From assembly GCA_903831095.1 (NCBI GenBank), contig CAIKWD010000011.1, forward strand, positions 5,706 to 69,705: a stretch of DNA of 64,000 nt, given 5' to 3'. The DNA comes from Candidatus Staskawiczbacteria bacterium. Its GTDB lineage: Bacteria > Patescibacteriota > Minisyncoccia > Minisyncoccales > Staskawiczbacteraceae. Below the pieces are notes generated by a model. The model was given only the letters and a program-made list of their open reading frames with translations. It made no database searches and was not told where the DNA came from. The number at the start of each line of letters is the position of its first letter. The first letter of the stretch is position 1. Shown here piece after piece: positions 35,685 through 44,461 of this stretch. Made by a program: the position numbers and the translations under genes.

Positions 35685-38600
35685 TTAGTTGTTAACACTG
35701 TATATTCCGGTTGTTCCAAGCACGCCAGTATCAGCTGAGGTGACTGTGCCCTTTATGTATATGAATGTCACATCTTGCCCTTTTATTATATATCCCATAA
35801 GTTTTAAATCTATAATTTTAGAATTTCCAGATCTTAAAGAGACAGAAGATATCAAATCTCTTTGCCCATCAACAGTCACCACAAATTGATCTTGCTTGCC
35901 AACTGGATTTGCCATTGCCTTATCAAATGTCAAAGACATAATTGTCCCAGAATTGTTTACAGTAATATTTTCTATTTGTGGGGGTACATTTATTTTACTA
36001 TTATTTGAAGCAGGACTATTGGCGAAAGGATCAATAAACAAGGAGGCATTTTTTCCAGCGTCATAATTTGTCCAACTAGAACATTTATTATCAACATCGC
36101 AAACCTGTATTCTGACATAATAATTAGTGCCATAAGCAATACAATATTCACTATTAAGCAAATTACAATCAAAATCAGGATTCATTTTTACATACAACGT
36201 TTGTTGGTTTGTAGAACCATTCCTAGTTATATCAAGATCCCAGTTAGAAAAATCCGGTTTACTATTTGCATCTAAATTTTTAGTTACCTGTATTTCAGAT
36301 TTTAATTCAGCATTTTTACCATTATAATTCCATTGAATTGTAAAATTATCTTCACCAGCAACTTCACAAGTATTACTTGGATTTACTAAAATATTACTAA
36401 CAGTTGGCCTATTATTGCAATCAGTTTCATCAACACCTGGCGTTGTAACACAAACCTGGTTGCCATCTTGGCACTCTAAATGATGTGAACCATCATTACA
36501 ACAAGCAGGATCATTAACATTATTAGCATCACATTTTGGATCAGGTGTACCATGTTCCTCATAGCATTGTCGTGCATTATTACATTTTCCAAAAGTAAAA
36601 TTGCACTCTTCTGGAAAACCAACATTACTACACAAAACCTCACCTGGAGTTCCAGAGCCCTGAATTGTTGTACAAGTTCCATTTACACATGCATTATGCG
36701 TTACAGTTTCATTACAACTATTTGGATTGTTAATATCGCAATCTATTCTTGCTGGAGAATCAGTTCTTATACATGTATCACCAGAGCATGTTGTATATGG
36801 CAAATTATTACAGTTGTCGCCAGTACAACACTGTTGGCCTTGGTCTGGCAAAACTCCGGTACCACAATCTTTTTGCTGAGTTGAATCATTTGTTGTCACA
36901 CATTGGTTGCTACTGTTACAAGTAGTAAATGTACTTCTACAAGTTTCACCAACACATGTACAAGCAGACCCAGTTTCAACACCATCACCGCAGTAATAAT
37001 TATCATACACATTAGTAGTTGTAGTACATATATTATTAACGCAAGTAGGATATTCAATTTTCCAACCACAAGAACCATTGTCTCCGCATATTGGGTCTAA
37101 GTTGTTGGTGTAGACACCCATACTGCAACCACATCCGTCGAAAGCTCCATAAACACATTTCTTGGCTGATAAATCGCATTGAGTACATTTTGGATTGTTA
37201 ACTCCATTAGAATTATTGGCAGCAGGATCACAATCAGAACCATCATCACTTAGAGAATCAGTTGCTTCACAACCTCCTTGAGAGTTACATTTGTAATGTG
37301 CGCCTCCACAAGAACCATTGTCTCCGCATATTGGGTCTAAGTTGTTGGTGTAGACACCCATACTGCAACCACATCCGTCGAAAGCTCCATAAACACATTT
37401 CTTGGCTGATAAATCGCATTGAGTACATTTTGGATTGTGTCCATTGGCGTTAGAAGAAGGAGAACAATCAGAACCATCATCACTTTGAGCATTTGTATAT
37501 ATACACTTTCCCGAAGAGTCACAGCGAGAATATGGGGAGTTACCACAGGCAATATTTCCAGTTAAAAGATTAGCACTTAACAAACAATCTGTGCTGTCAT
37601 AAAATCCTTGAACACATCTTGGATATTGTGTGCTGTAATCACAGTGAGTACACTTTGAATCGTCTCCAATTGTACATCCAGATGCATCAGCTTTTCCTGG
37701 ATCAGCTGTGGCTATACAATGTCCACTATTATCACAATAAGTAAATGGATTAGGACATCTTTCGTTTCCAGTTGGAATATTAGCATTTATTAAACAATCT
37801 GTACTATCATAAATTCCTTTAACACATTTTGGATATTCTGTGCTGTAATCGCAGTGAGTACATTTGGAGTCATCACCTATGGTACAACCAGATGCATCTG
37901 CTAAACTAACATCTGTAGTTTCCTTACATGTTCCACTGTCATCACAATAAGTATATGTTAAAGGAGGACATGAATCCTCTCCAATTGTATTATTGTCACC
38001 AATAACACAATTGAAACCATCATAAGGTCCTTGCATACATTTTGGAAAAATGGGATTAGTATAATCGCAAAATGTGCATTTAGAATTATCACCAATTGTA
38101 CACCCAGACTGGTCAGCCAAGGTTTGATCATTTGTGCCCTGACAAGTTCCAGCGCTGTCACAATATGTATAAGCAAATAGGCAATCGTTATCAGTCTTAC
38201 ACTCGTCTGTTCCAGCGCCATCAACTACTTTACACTGTTTGGAATCATTACAAATGGTGTGACCATTGATTTTACAACTTGTAACATCTGATTCGACACA
38301 CGAGTCATCACCAGCTGTTGCCAAACAAGCGCAATCTTTTTCCCCCTTGTCATTGGCCGTGCATTCTGAGTGGCTGGCACATGTTGACCACTTGCAACCA
38401 GAATCACAAGTCTTTTTTCCGCCACAAGCGCAATCTTTTGTTTCTCCAGGCTTGCAAGCTCCCGCGGTAGAGCATAAATTAGCGCATGTGCCTCCAGACT
38501 GCAAACAGGCACCTCCAGAACACCCGCATTTACAAATAGTTACTGACAATACTTGGTCAACAGGATGAACATCACAATAAGGAAAAGATCTAGACATAGG

Positions 38601-40028
38601 AGCCACTAAAAAAGAACCGGGAGACCAAGCATCATCTCCACACGATTTAGTACCTCCATTGTGAGTATTAGGATCTCCCCCGGTAACTGAAATATTACCA
38701 CCGCCACAATCTATTTCGCACGATTGTGTCATACCTACTTTTTTTACAATTAGGGCGCCTCCCTGACAAGTCATAACTGTATGGTCACCTCCGCTAGGAC
38801 AGGTGTAGAGATATTCCCAACCCTCACTAGATGGCCGTACACAAACACCATCATCGCATTTTACAGCTGTCCATTTTTGCATAATGTCATTTCCTTTACA
38901 CTCTTGTTCTCCAGTGTAATATTTACCTCCGCCAAAAAGTGGATGGTATATCCAACCCCCTTTCATAGTAATATCATTAAACAAATTTCCATTACACTCG
39001 AAATCTTTATATAAATAGTTTTCTTGAAAAAACGAATTCTCCGCACAACAATCTGTCACTTCCCATTTGGTTGCGCCAGGGACACAACTCATTGTAGTAC
39101 CAGATATCTGACATTGCTCATATTGCTTTTGGGTCTGCACTGCGCCAAATGTGCTACATTGTGTTTTTCCCGTACTTTTGGCGTTTTCAGAACAAGTAAG
39201 AGTTTTCTTCCAATATTTATTGTGATCGCATTGCAAAGTCGAAGTATTGCAAGAATTCTTTGTATATAATTGATACCCCAAAGCTGGAATCATGGGATTT
39301 AGAGTATCTGGATCTTTATTTGTACAACTAAAGCTATCTTTAGTCACGGGGGTCACAGGAGCATCACTCACCCCGCAATCCTCAACTTGTGCATCCTGGC
39401 AAGTTGCATTTACGCATTTAGATTTCTTGGCCATTAATTTCTGTCCTTCACAATATTTTTCAGCGCTTTCAGGATGGCAATCAGCGTCACTAGAACATCT
39501 TTTTGTACATTTAGGATCATTAAAGCAAACTGGATCTTCACAATCAGTCAAACAATTACAATCATTATCAATTCCATCTGTGCATGAAAATTCAGTTGTA
39601 CCGAGATTGCTGCATAACCCCATAGATCTAAGCGTTCCTGATACAACATTAAACAATCCTCCCTCATGGCTGGTAAATCCAATATGAAAATTCATACTTT
39701 TACCACTGCCATTAGTTATTATAATATCCTCTAAAGTTGCTTCTCCTCCACAACACTCCCAATAATCAACGCTTATATTACTATCACATTTTACAGCAAA
39801 AGGACCATATGTTACGTCATGAGGACCACTCGGACTTTCACCAGGATAAACAACGGCACCATCAATTGATATTCTAATATCGTCATCCAAATGAGTTGCA
39901 GTTACTGTTATAGAATCTGTACAACCTGCAGCTTCAATTTTTTGATTGTTATAACAAAAAAACAGTACAAAAAATAGACATAAGACAATAATTTTAAAAA
40001 CCTTTATTCTCCCAGAAAAATTAAACAT
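35685..40028 (-). CDS. Giant secreted cysteine-rich repeat protein (1447 aa)
   Basis: Signal MFNFSGRIKVFKIIVLCLFFVLFFCYNNQKIEA, and a DGIDNDC motif near the N-terminus. Many ~65-80 aa Cys-rich modules (YCDxSGxCxxTxDxxxADxSGCTIGDDSKCTHCDYSxxYPKC...). The C-terminal Ig-like module is similar to that of the 2864-aa protein. Confidence 0.85.
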   Translation of the reverse strand: MFNFSGRIKVFKIIVLCLFFVLFFCYNNQKIEAAGCTDSITVTATHLDDDIRISIDGAVVYPGESPSGPHDVTYGPFAVKCDSNISVDYWECCGGEATLEDIIITNGSGKSMNFHIGFTSHEGGLFNVVSGTLRSMGLCSNLGTTEFSCTDGIDNDCNCLTDCEDPVCFNDPKCTKRCSSDADCHPESAEKYCEGQKLMAKKSKCVNATCQDAQVEDCGVSDAPVTPVTKDSFSCTNKDPDTLNPMIPALGYQLYTKNSCNTSTLQCDHNKYWKKTLTCSENAKSTGKTQCSTFGAVQTQKQYEQCQISGTTMSCVPGATKWEVTDCCAENSFFQENYLYKDFECNGNLFNDITMKGGWIYHPLFGGGKYYTGEQECKGNDIMQKWTAVKCDDGVCVRPSSEGWEYLYTCPSGGDHTVMTCQGGALIVKKVGMTQSCEIDCGGGNISVTGGDPNTHNGGTKSCGDDAWSPGSFLVAPMSRSFPYCDVHPVDQVLSVTICKCGCSGGACLQSGGTCANLCSTAGACKPGETKDCACGGKKTCDSGCKWSTCASHSECTANDKGEKDCACLATAGDDSCVESDVTSCKINGHTICNDSKQCKVVDGAGTDECKTDNDCLFAYTYCDSAGTCQGTNDQTLADQSGCTIGDNSKCTFCDYTNPIFPKCMQGPYDGFNCVIGDNNTIGEDSCPPLTYTYCDDSGTCKETTDVSLADASGCTIGDDSKCTHCDYSTEYPKCVKGIYDSTDCLINANIPTGNERCPNPFTYCDNSGHCIATADPGKADASGCTIGDDSKCTHCDYSTQYPRCVQGFYDSTDCLLSANLLTGNIACGNSPYSRCDSSGKCIYTNAQSDDGSDCSPSSNANGHNPKCTQCDLSAKKCVYGAFDGCGCSMGVYTNNLDPICGDNGSCGGAHYKCNSQGGCEATDSLSDDGSDCDPAANNSNGVNNPKCTQCDLSAKKCVYGAFDGCGCSMGVYTNNLDPICGDNGSCGWKIEYPTCVNNICTTTTNVYDNYYCGDGVETGSACTCVGETCRSTFTTCNSSNQCVTTNDSTQQKDCGTGVLPDQGQQCCTGDNCNNLPYTTCSGDTCIRTDSPARIDCDINNPNSCNETVTHNACVNGTCTTIQGSGTPGEVLCSNVGFPEECNFTFGKCNNARQCYEEHGTPDPKCDANNVNDPACCNDGSHHLECQDGNQVCVTTPGVDETDCNNRPTVSNILVNPSNTCEVAGEDNFTIQWNYNGKNAELKSEIQVTKNLDANSKPDFSNWDLDITRNGSTNQQTLYVKMNPDFDCNLLNSEYCIAYGTNYYVRIQVCDVDNKCSSWTNYDAGKNASLFIDPFANSPASNNSKINVPPQIENITVNNSGTIMSLTFDKAMANPVGKQDQFVVTVDGQRDLISSVSLRSGNSKIIDLKLMGYIIKGQDVTFIYIKGTVTSADTGVLGTTGIYSVNN
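37066..37438. repeat. Tandem coding duplication: 133-nt perfect repeat at 240-nt spacing
   Basis: 37066-37198 is identical base for base to 37306-37438. Both encode KCTQCDLSAKKCVYGAFDGCGCSMGVYTNNLDPICGDNGSCG in the 1447-aa protein. Confidence 0.9.
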
Positions 40029-40091
40029 GTAATAATAACAAATCTGTAAATTACTTATTATAACTTAATATTTTCAAAAAATAAAATAACA

Positions 40092-43000
40092 CTACGGACA
40101 TACGCTTACAGGCATGCATTGCGTTTGCTCTTTAGGCGTTGTAGTATGCGAACATTTGCTTTGCGCGGTACCAGGATTGGTGCATGTGTAAACAAAATAG
40201 TTTCTCCACGGCACCTTATTACTATCACAAAACACTGCACCATTATAACCGTCCGTTCCGCATTGAAGGTTAGTAGTGCATTCAATTGTCTGACAAGTTC
40301 CACCAACACAATGCGCGCCAACCAAACAGGAGGTTTGCATTTTTTCCTCTTCTGTCTTAGTACAAACGCTTGCTGTGGTTCCAGGATTGTTGCAAGTCCA
40401 TGTTCTGTATGTTTTATATGTATGACCAGGATCATTTGCCAAGCAATGTACGTCTCCAATATAACCGCTTGCGCCACAGTCAGTAGCAACCGTGTTTGTA
40501 TTGCATTTTACTTCCTTGCACGCACCATTTTCACATACTTCCCAACTTGTACATGGATCTTCTACAACCACTGTATTTTTCAATTCACAATTGTTTAGAA
40601 ACGGCTGGTCATCATTTTTATTGCAAACCCATGTATGATTGTCATATACAACATCTCTTTTATTATCACTACATTTAAGTAAACTTGTATAATTAGAACC
40701 GCAGTCAGTATTAGCAAGACAATCTACGCAATAAAAATGTACGCTCTCACAAGCTATGGGGCATGACCTTATTACTTCATTTTCTTTTATATAGGACGAA
40801 CATTTATTATCAGTGCAGGAATATGCCAATTTGTTTGCAGTAACTACACCATCATTGCAAGCTTCTGTCCCATCTATAACACTTTCTGTTCCACAATCTT
40901 CAGGTTTACCGCATTCAACATCTGAACATACTCCACTTACGCAAGCAGTTCCTGATGGACAAGAAGGTTCTTTTTTGAGAGTTATATAAGAGCTTGCGCA
41001 GTAACTTTTGGTTTCTCCAGGATACATGCAAGCATAATAATGAGTATAATTTTGATATACGTCTGCTAAACCGTTCACGCAAAATGGAGAGCCAATAGGC
41101 ACGTCAGCTGGACAATCAGAAATACCAAAACATTTAATATTCGGCGGATTTTCGCAAGTATGTGTAGTTTCATTGCAAACTTTTCCACCAGTACAAGCTT
41201 GTGACAAAGAAGGAGTGTCTGGCCACGAACAAGTTCCTATACTGCAAGTGCTGTTATAATGATGGCTCCAAATATTTCCATTCTGGCAATACAGAGAATC
41301 GACCTTATTTAAAGGTCTCAAAGCATTACAATCAGACGGAGTATCATCACAACACTGGGCGCTTGAAACAGCTGTACAATGAGGTTCATTATGCAATTGA
41401 TCATAAGTGCAAGTTTCGCATCCTTGTCTGCAAGGAGTTGTCTTTAAATAAGAGGCAACTTGATATGAACATTCATTAACAAGACAAATGCCTTTATATG
41501 TAGTTGTATAAATACCAGCTATTCCACAGCTATAAGTTGGATCTGGCACATTTGTACATTTACTATTGTCACCTGCACAACTTCCAGGGATAGGCTGGCA
41601 TGTCCAAGTTTTAGGGTCACATGCCTTACCTGCAGCGCATGTTTCATTTACAACATCATTTACAGGATATGAACATATTTTAAGAATTGGGTCGCAATTT
41701 TCATCATACATAACACTATGCACCGACCCTCCTCCAGAACTGCAATAGAAATAGCTAAGTGGCTTTTTCGGTAAACAATCAACTGGCTGATCACAATCAG
41801 GCGCACCTATGCACATTGGGACATTACCAGTTAAATCTGAATTATCGCACATTTCATATGTTTCACATTTCTTAGTTTGTTTTGGCGTATCAGACCATGT
41901 ACAAGTTCCAGTAGGACCACAATTTCCATTATAACTATGCTGCCAAATACTGCTTACTCCACAATATAAATAATTAACTGGTTTATTTGTTCGACTATCG
42001 CAATCAGTATTATTACAACAAGCTCCAGCTATATCTTCGCATGTAGAACCATCTAAAGAGCACCTATGGCAAGAGTCATTGCAATCTGTTATAGGATCAT
42101 TTCTATCTGTATAAGCGCAACTTCCATTAGTAGTACAATAGCCATCATAATAATGATGCCAAATTTTTCCTAAAGCACAATAATAAGTGTCACTATGTCC
42201 ATTGTCTTGTTTAGTTTTTGTATCATTACACATTGCAGAAGTGCAACACGTTTTTCCCTCTATAGGTTTGCAAGTTGCAGTGCCACTGCTGTCGTCGCAG
42301 GTTTGACAAGACATATCACAATTTCCAAGTATTTTTCTGGTGTCAGAATTAATACCATCTGTTTTACAAGAACCGTTTGCATTATTACAAGTAGCCTTAT
42401 AAGTAATAATATGAATTCCGTCGCTTTCACATTTTTCAACAGAAGAATCTGCAGTACAATCAGCATCTACACAGCATTTACTATTATCTCTTTTACAATA
42501 AGGACCGTCTGAAGGGTCATATGCACAAGATTCACAGCCAATTTTGCAAGGCGTCACAGTAGGCGTATCTGGCCAATCACAATTTCCCGAAGGTAAACAG
42601 ACATTTCCATATACGTGTCTTATTATGGAATCATTTCCAACGGTTCCAGTTGAACATTCTGAAGTATTATAAATATTATTAACTTCTCTTAATGGGTTTT
42701 CACAAATAGCATTGCTTCCTGCGCAGCCACCTGCTGGCTGGCAGTAATAACTACCTGTTGGACATGTTGTGCCAGTAGGACAATCAGCTCCGGTGTCTGT
42801 TACTGGATAATTACACTTTCCAAGGCTACAGGTTTCATCATAAACAACATTATGCACTCTACCAGCACTGCAGTAGGAATAATTACTTGGCTTGAATGGG
42901 ATACAATCTACATATGAACCGCAACCTACTACTTGACAAGAAGGAGGTGTCCCCTTCACACATGTTTTACCTTGCGTAATACAATCGCTATTTAATATAG

Positions 43001-43211
43001 GTGCATCTGTCCAACTGCAAAACCCAACATCGCAATGGCTTGTCCATTTATGCTGATAAACTTTTCCATAGGCACAATATAAAGTATCTGTTTTACCGTT
43101 GGCTATTTTTAAATCGTCACATTGCCCAACATCAAGACATGCATTTGCCGTAAACGGAAAAAACACAACTGCAAAAAAGAAAATTAAAATTGTGAGTTTG
43201 AGCTTATTCAT
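40092..43211 (-). CDS. Secreted cysteine-rich repeat protein (1039 aa)
   Basis: Signal MNKLKLTILIFFFAVVFFPFTANA. Repeated modules of the type YC..G.(V/I)..H.....C..G.C.(W/Y).DTP......C, e.g. LYCAYGKVYQHKWTSHCDVGFCSWTDAP and LYCQNGNIWSHHYNSTCSIGTCSWPDTP. Confidence 0.85.
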   Translation of the reverse strand: MNKLKLTILIFFFAVVFFPFTANACLDVGQCDDLKIANGKTDTLYCAYGKVYQHKWTSHCDVGFCSWTDAPILNSDCITQGKTCVKGTPPSCQVVGCGSYVDCIPFKPSNYSYCSAGRVHNVVYDETCSLGKCNYPVTDTGADCPTGTTCPTGSYYCQPAGGCAGSNAICENPLREVNNIYNTSECSTGTVGNDSIIRHVYGNVCLPSGNCDWPDTPTVTPCKIGCESCAYDPSDGPYCKRDNSKCCVDADCTADSSVEKCESDGIHIITYKATCNNANGSCKTDGINSDTRKILGNCDMSCQTCDDSSGTATCKPIEGKTCCTSAMCNDTKTKQDNGHSDTYYCALGKIWHHYYDGYCTTNGSCAYTDRNDPITDCNDSCHRCSLDGSTCEDIAGACCNNTDCDSRTNKPVNYLYCGVSSIWQHSYNGNCGPTGTCTWSDTPKQTKKCETYEMCDNSDLTGNVPMCIGAPDCDQPVDCLPKKPLSYFYCSSGGGSVHSVMYDENCDPILKICSYPVNDVVNETCAAGKACDPKTWTCQPIPGSCAGDNSKCTNVPDPTYSCGIAGIYTTTYKGICLVNECSYQVASYLKTTPCRQGCETCTYDQLHNEPHCTAVSSAQCCDDTPSDCNALRPLNKVDSLYCQNGNIWSHHYNSTCSIGTCSWPDTPSLSQACTGGKVCNETTHTCENPPNIKCFGISDCPADVPIGSPFCVNGLADVYQNYTHYYACMYPGETKSYCASSYITLKKEPSCPSGTACVSGVCSDVECGKPEDCGTESVIDGTEACNDGVVTANKLAYSCTDNKCSSYIKENEVIRSCPIACESVHFYCVDCLANTDCGSNYTSLLKCSDNKRDVVYDNHTWVCNKNDDQPFLNNCELKNTVVVEDPCTSWEVCENGACKEVKCNTNTVATDCGASGYIGDVHCLANDPGHTYKTYRTWTCNNPGTTASVCTKTEEEKMQTSCLVGAHCVGGTCQTIECTTNLQCGTDGYNGAVFCDSNKVPWRNYFVYTCTNPGTAQSKCSHTTTPKEQTQCMPVSVCP

Positions 43212-43243
43212 TAAGAAGGGCTGAATATTTTTTCTTAAATTTC

Positions 43244-43666
43244 TTATTTAACAATAGTAACTGAAGAACCTTCAACTTGTCCATCTGCAGATAATTTTAT
43301 AGTAACGTTTACACTATCACCAATTTTAATATCATTAAACGTTGCTGCAGTTTGGCTTGGAACTCCAACTGTTGCACCTGATCCAGAAGCAGAAGTTCCG
43401 TATAAATAAATTATCGCATCACTTTTAATTGTAACATCAAATGTTTCTCCATTGTATTCCAATGTTATAGTTCGCCCTGAGATTTTAGAAACCTTGCCAA
43501 AAGATCCAACCATGGTTATTGATTTGGAATTCAATATCTTTTCCATATTCGCTGTCTTTTGAAGTTCGGGTTTGCTAACTGAAATTCCCATTGAATAACC
43601 AATTATAAAAAGTCCCAATCCAACTAAAACCAATACAGTAACAATTATTATTTTTTTGTTGATCAT
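43244..43666 (-). CDS. Hypothetical membrane-anchored beta-rich protein
   Basis: 140 aa. N-terminal TM IIIVTVLVLVGLGLFIIGY, then a small beta-type domain. It is the first gene of the giant-protein run. Confidence 0.6.
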   Translation of the reverse strand: MINKKIIIVTVLVLVGLGLFIIGYSMGISVSKPELQKTANMEKILNSKSITMVGSFGKVSKISGRTITLEYNGETFDVTIKSDAIIYLYGTSASGSGATVGVPSQTAATFNDIKIGDSVNVTIKLSADGQVEGSSVTIVK

Positions 43667-43700
43667 ATAAATTAAATAAATTACTAATTATTTATTAATT

Positions 43701-44390
43701 TTACCTGTTATTGTTTTTCAAAACAAGTGGCAAACAGTGGATAACTTTTTTCATTTTTTTTTCCCAATTGAAGGACTCACGATGAATTGGGCAATTACCG
43801 ATTTTTCTTAGGACTTTCATATGCGCTTCTGTTCCATAGCCCTTATGTTTATCAAAACCGTAATGTGGATATTTTTTGTGCATTTCTTCCATAATTCTGT
43901 CTCGTGTAACTTTAGCAATTATCGAAGCGGCGGCAATGGACATTACTTTTTGATCCCCTTTTACTATTGCTTTTTGCAAAATATATTGCTCGCCCTGAGC
44001 TTGCCGAAGGGTAAAATTTCCGTCAATTAATAAATAATCAACTTTATTATTTATTTTTTTCTCGATTTGGGCAACAGCCTCACACATAGCTAACTTTGTT
44101 GCCTCTAAAATATTAATTTTGTCTATTACTTTTTCAGAAACTATGCCAATACCCCATTCTATATCTTTATTATTTGTAATTAATTCGTATAATTTATTTC
44201 TATTTTTTTCTGAAACTTTTTTTGAGTCATTTATTCCATCTATTAAAATTTCCACATTTGCCTTAATTAAAACTGCGCCAGCTACAACAGGACCGGCCAA
44301 TGGCCCCCTGCCAACTTCATCTAAACCCACAACATATTCAAAACCCTGTTGCCATAATATTTTTTCCTCGTCAAAATTTGGTTTACTCAT
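43701..44390 (-). CDS. rnhB: Ribonuclease HII
   Basis: GLDEVGRGPLAGPVV, LLIDGN and SIAAASIIAKVTRD. The track start at 44417 is GTG; the first ATG (MSKPNF) is at 44390. Confidence 0.85.
   Translation of the reverse strand: MSKPNFDEEKILWQQGFEYVVGLDEVGRGPLAGPVVAGAVLIKANVEILIDGINDSKKVSEKNRNKLYELITNNKDIEWGIGIVSEKVIDKINILEATKLAMCEAVAQIEKKINNKVDYLLIDGNFTLRQAQGEQYILQKAIVKGDQKVMSIAAASIIAKVTRDRIMEEMHKKYPHYGFDKHKGYGTEAHMKVLRKIGNCPIHRESFNWEKKMKKVIHCLPLVLKNNNR
43984..44012. repeat. 29-nt GC-rich motif inside rnhB, shared with miaB
   Basis: The rnhB coding strand reads ACCCTTCGGCAAGCTCAGGGCGAGCAATA, against miaB ACCCTTCGACGAGCTCAGGGCAAGCCATA (25 of 29 identical by eye). Confidence 0.5.
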
Positions 44391-44461
44391 ATAATATATT
44401 CTACCACGAATAAACACTTGTAAAAATTATGCCAAAAGGTAAAATGGTATATTAAGCTAAT

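Noticed and set aside
37066-37438. The perfect repeat pair as a DGR template/variable repeat
   Set aside because: No reverse transcriptase is nearby, both copies are inside the same ORF, and they are identical rather than differing at adenine positions.
27043-43211. Highly repetitive DNA as a CRISPR array
   Set aside because: The repeats are long, diverged, in-frame coding modules without the short-identical-repeat plus unique-spacer periodicity. No cas genes are present.
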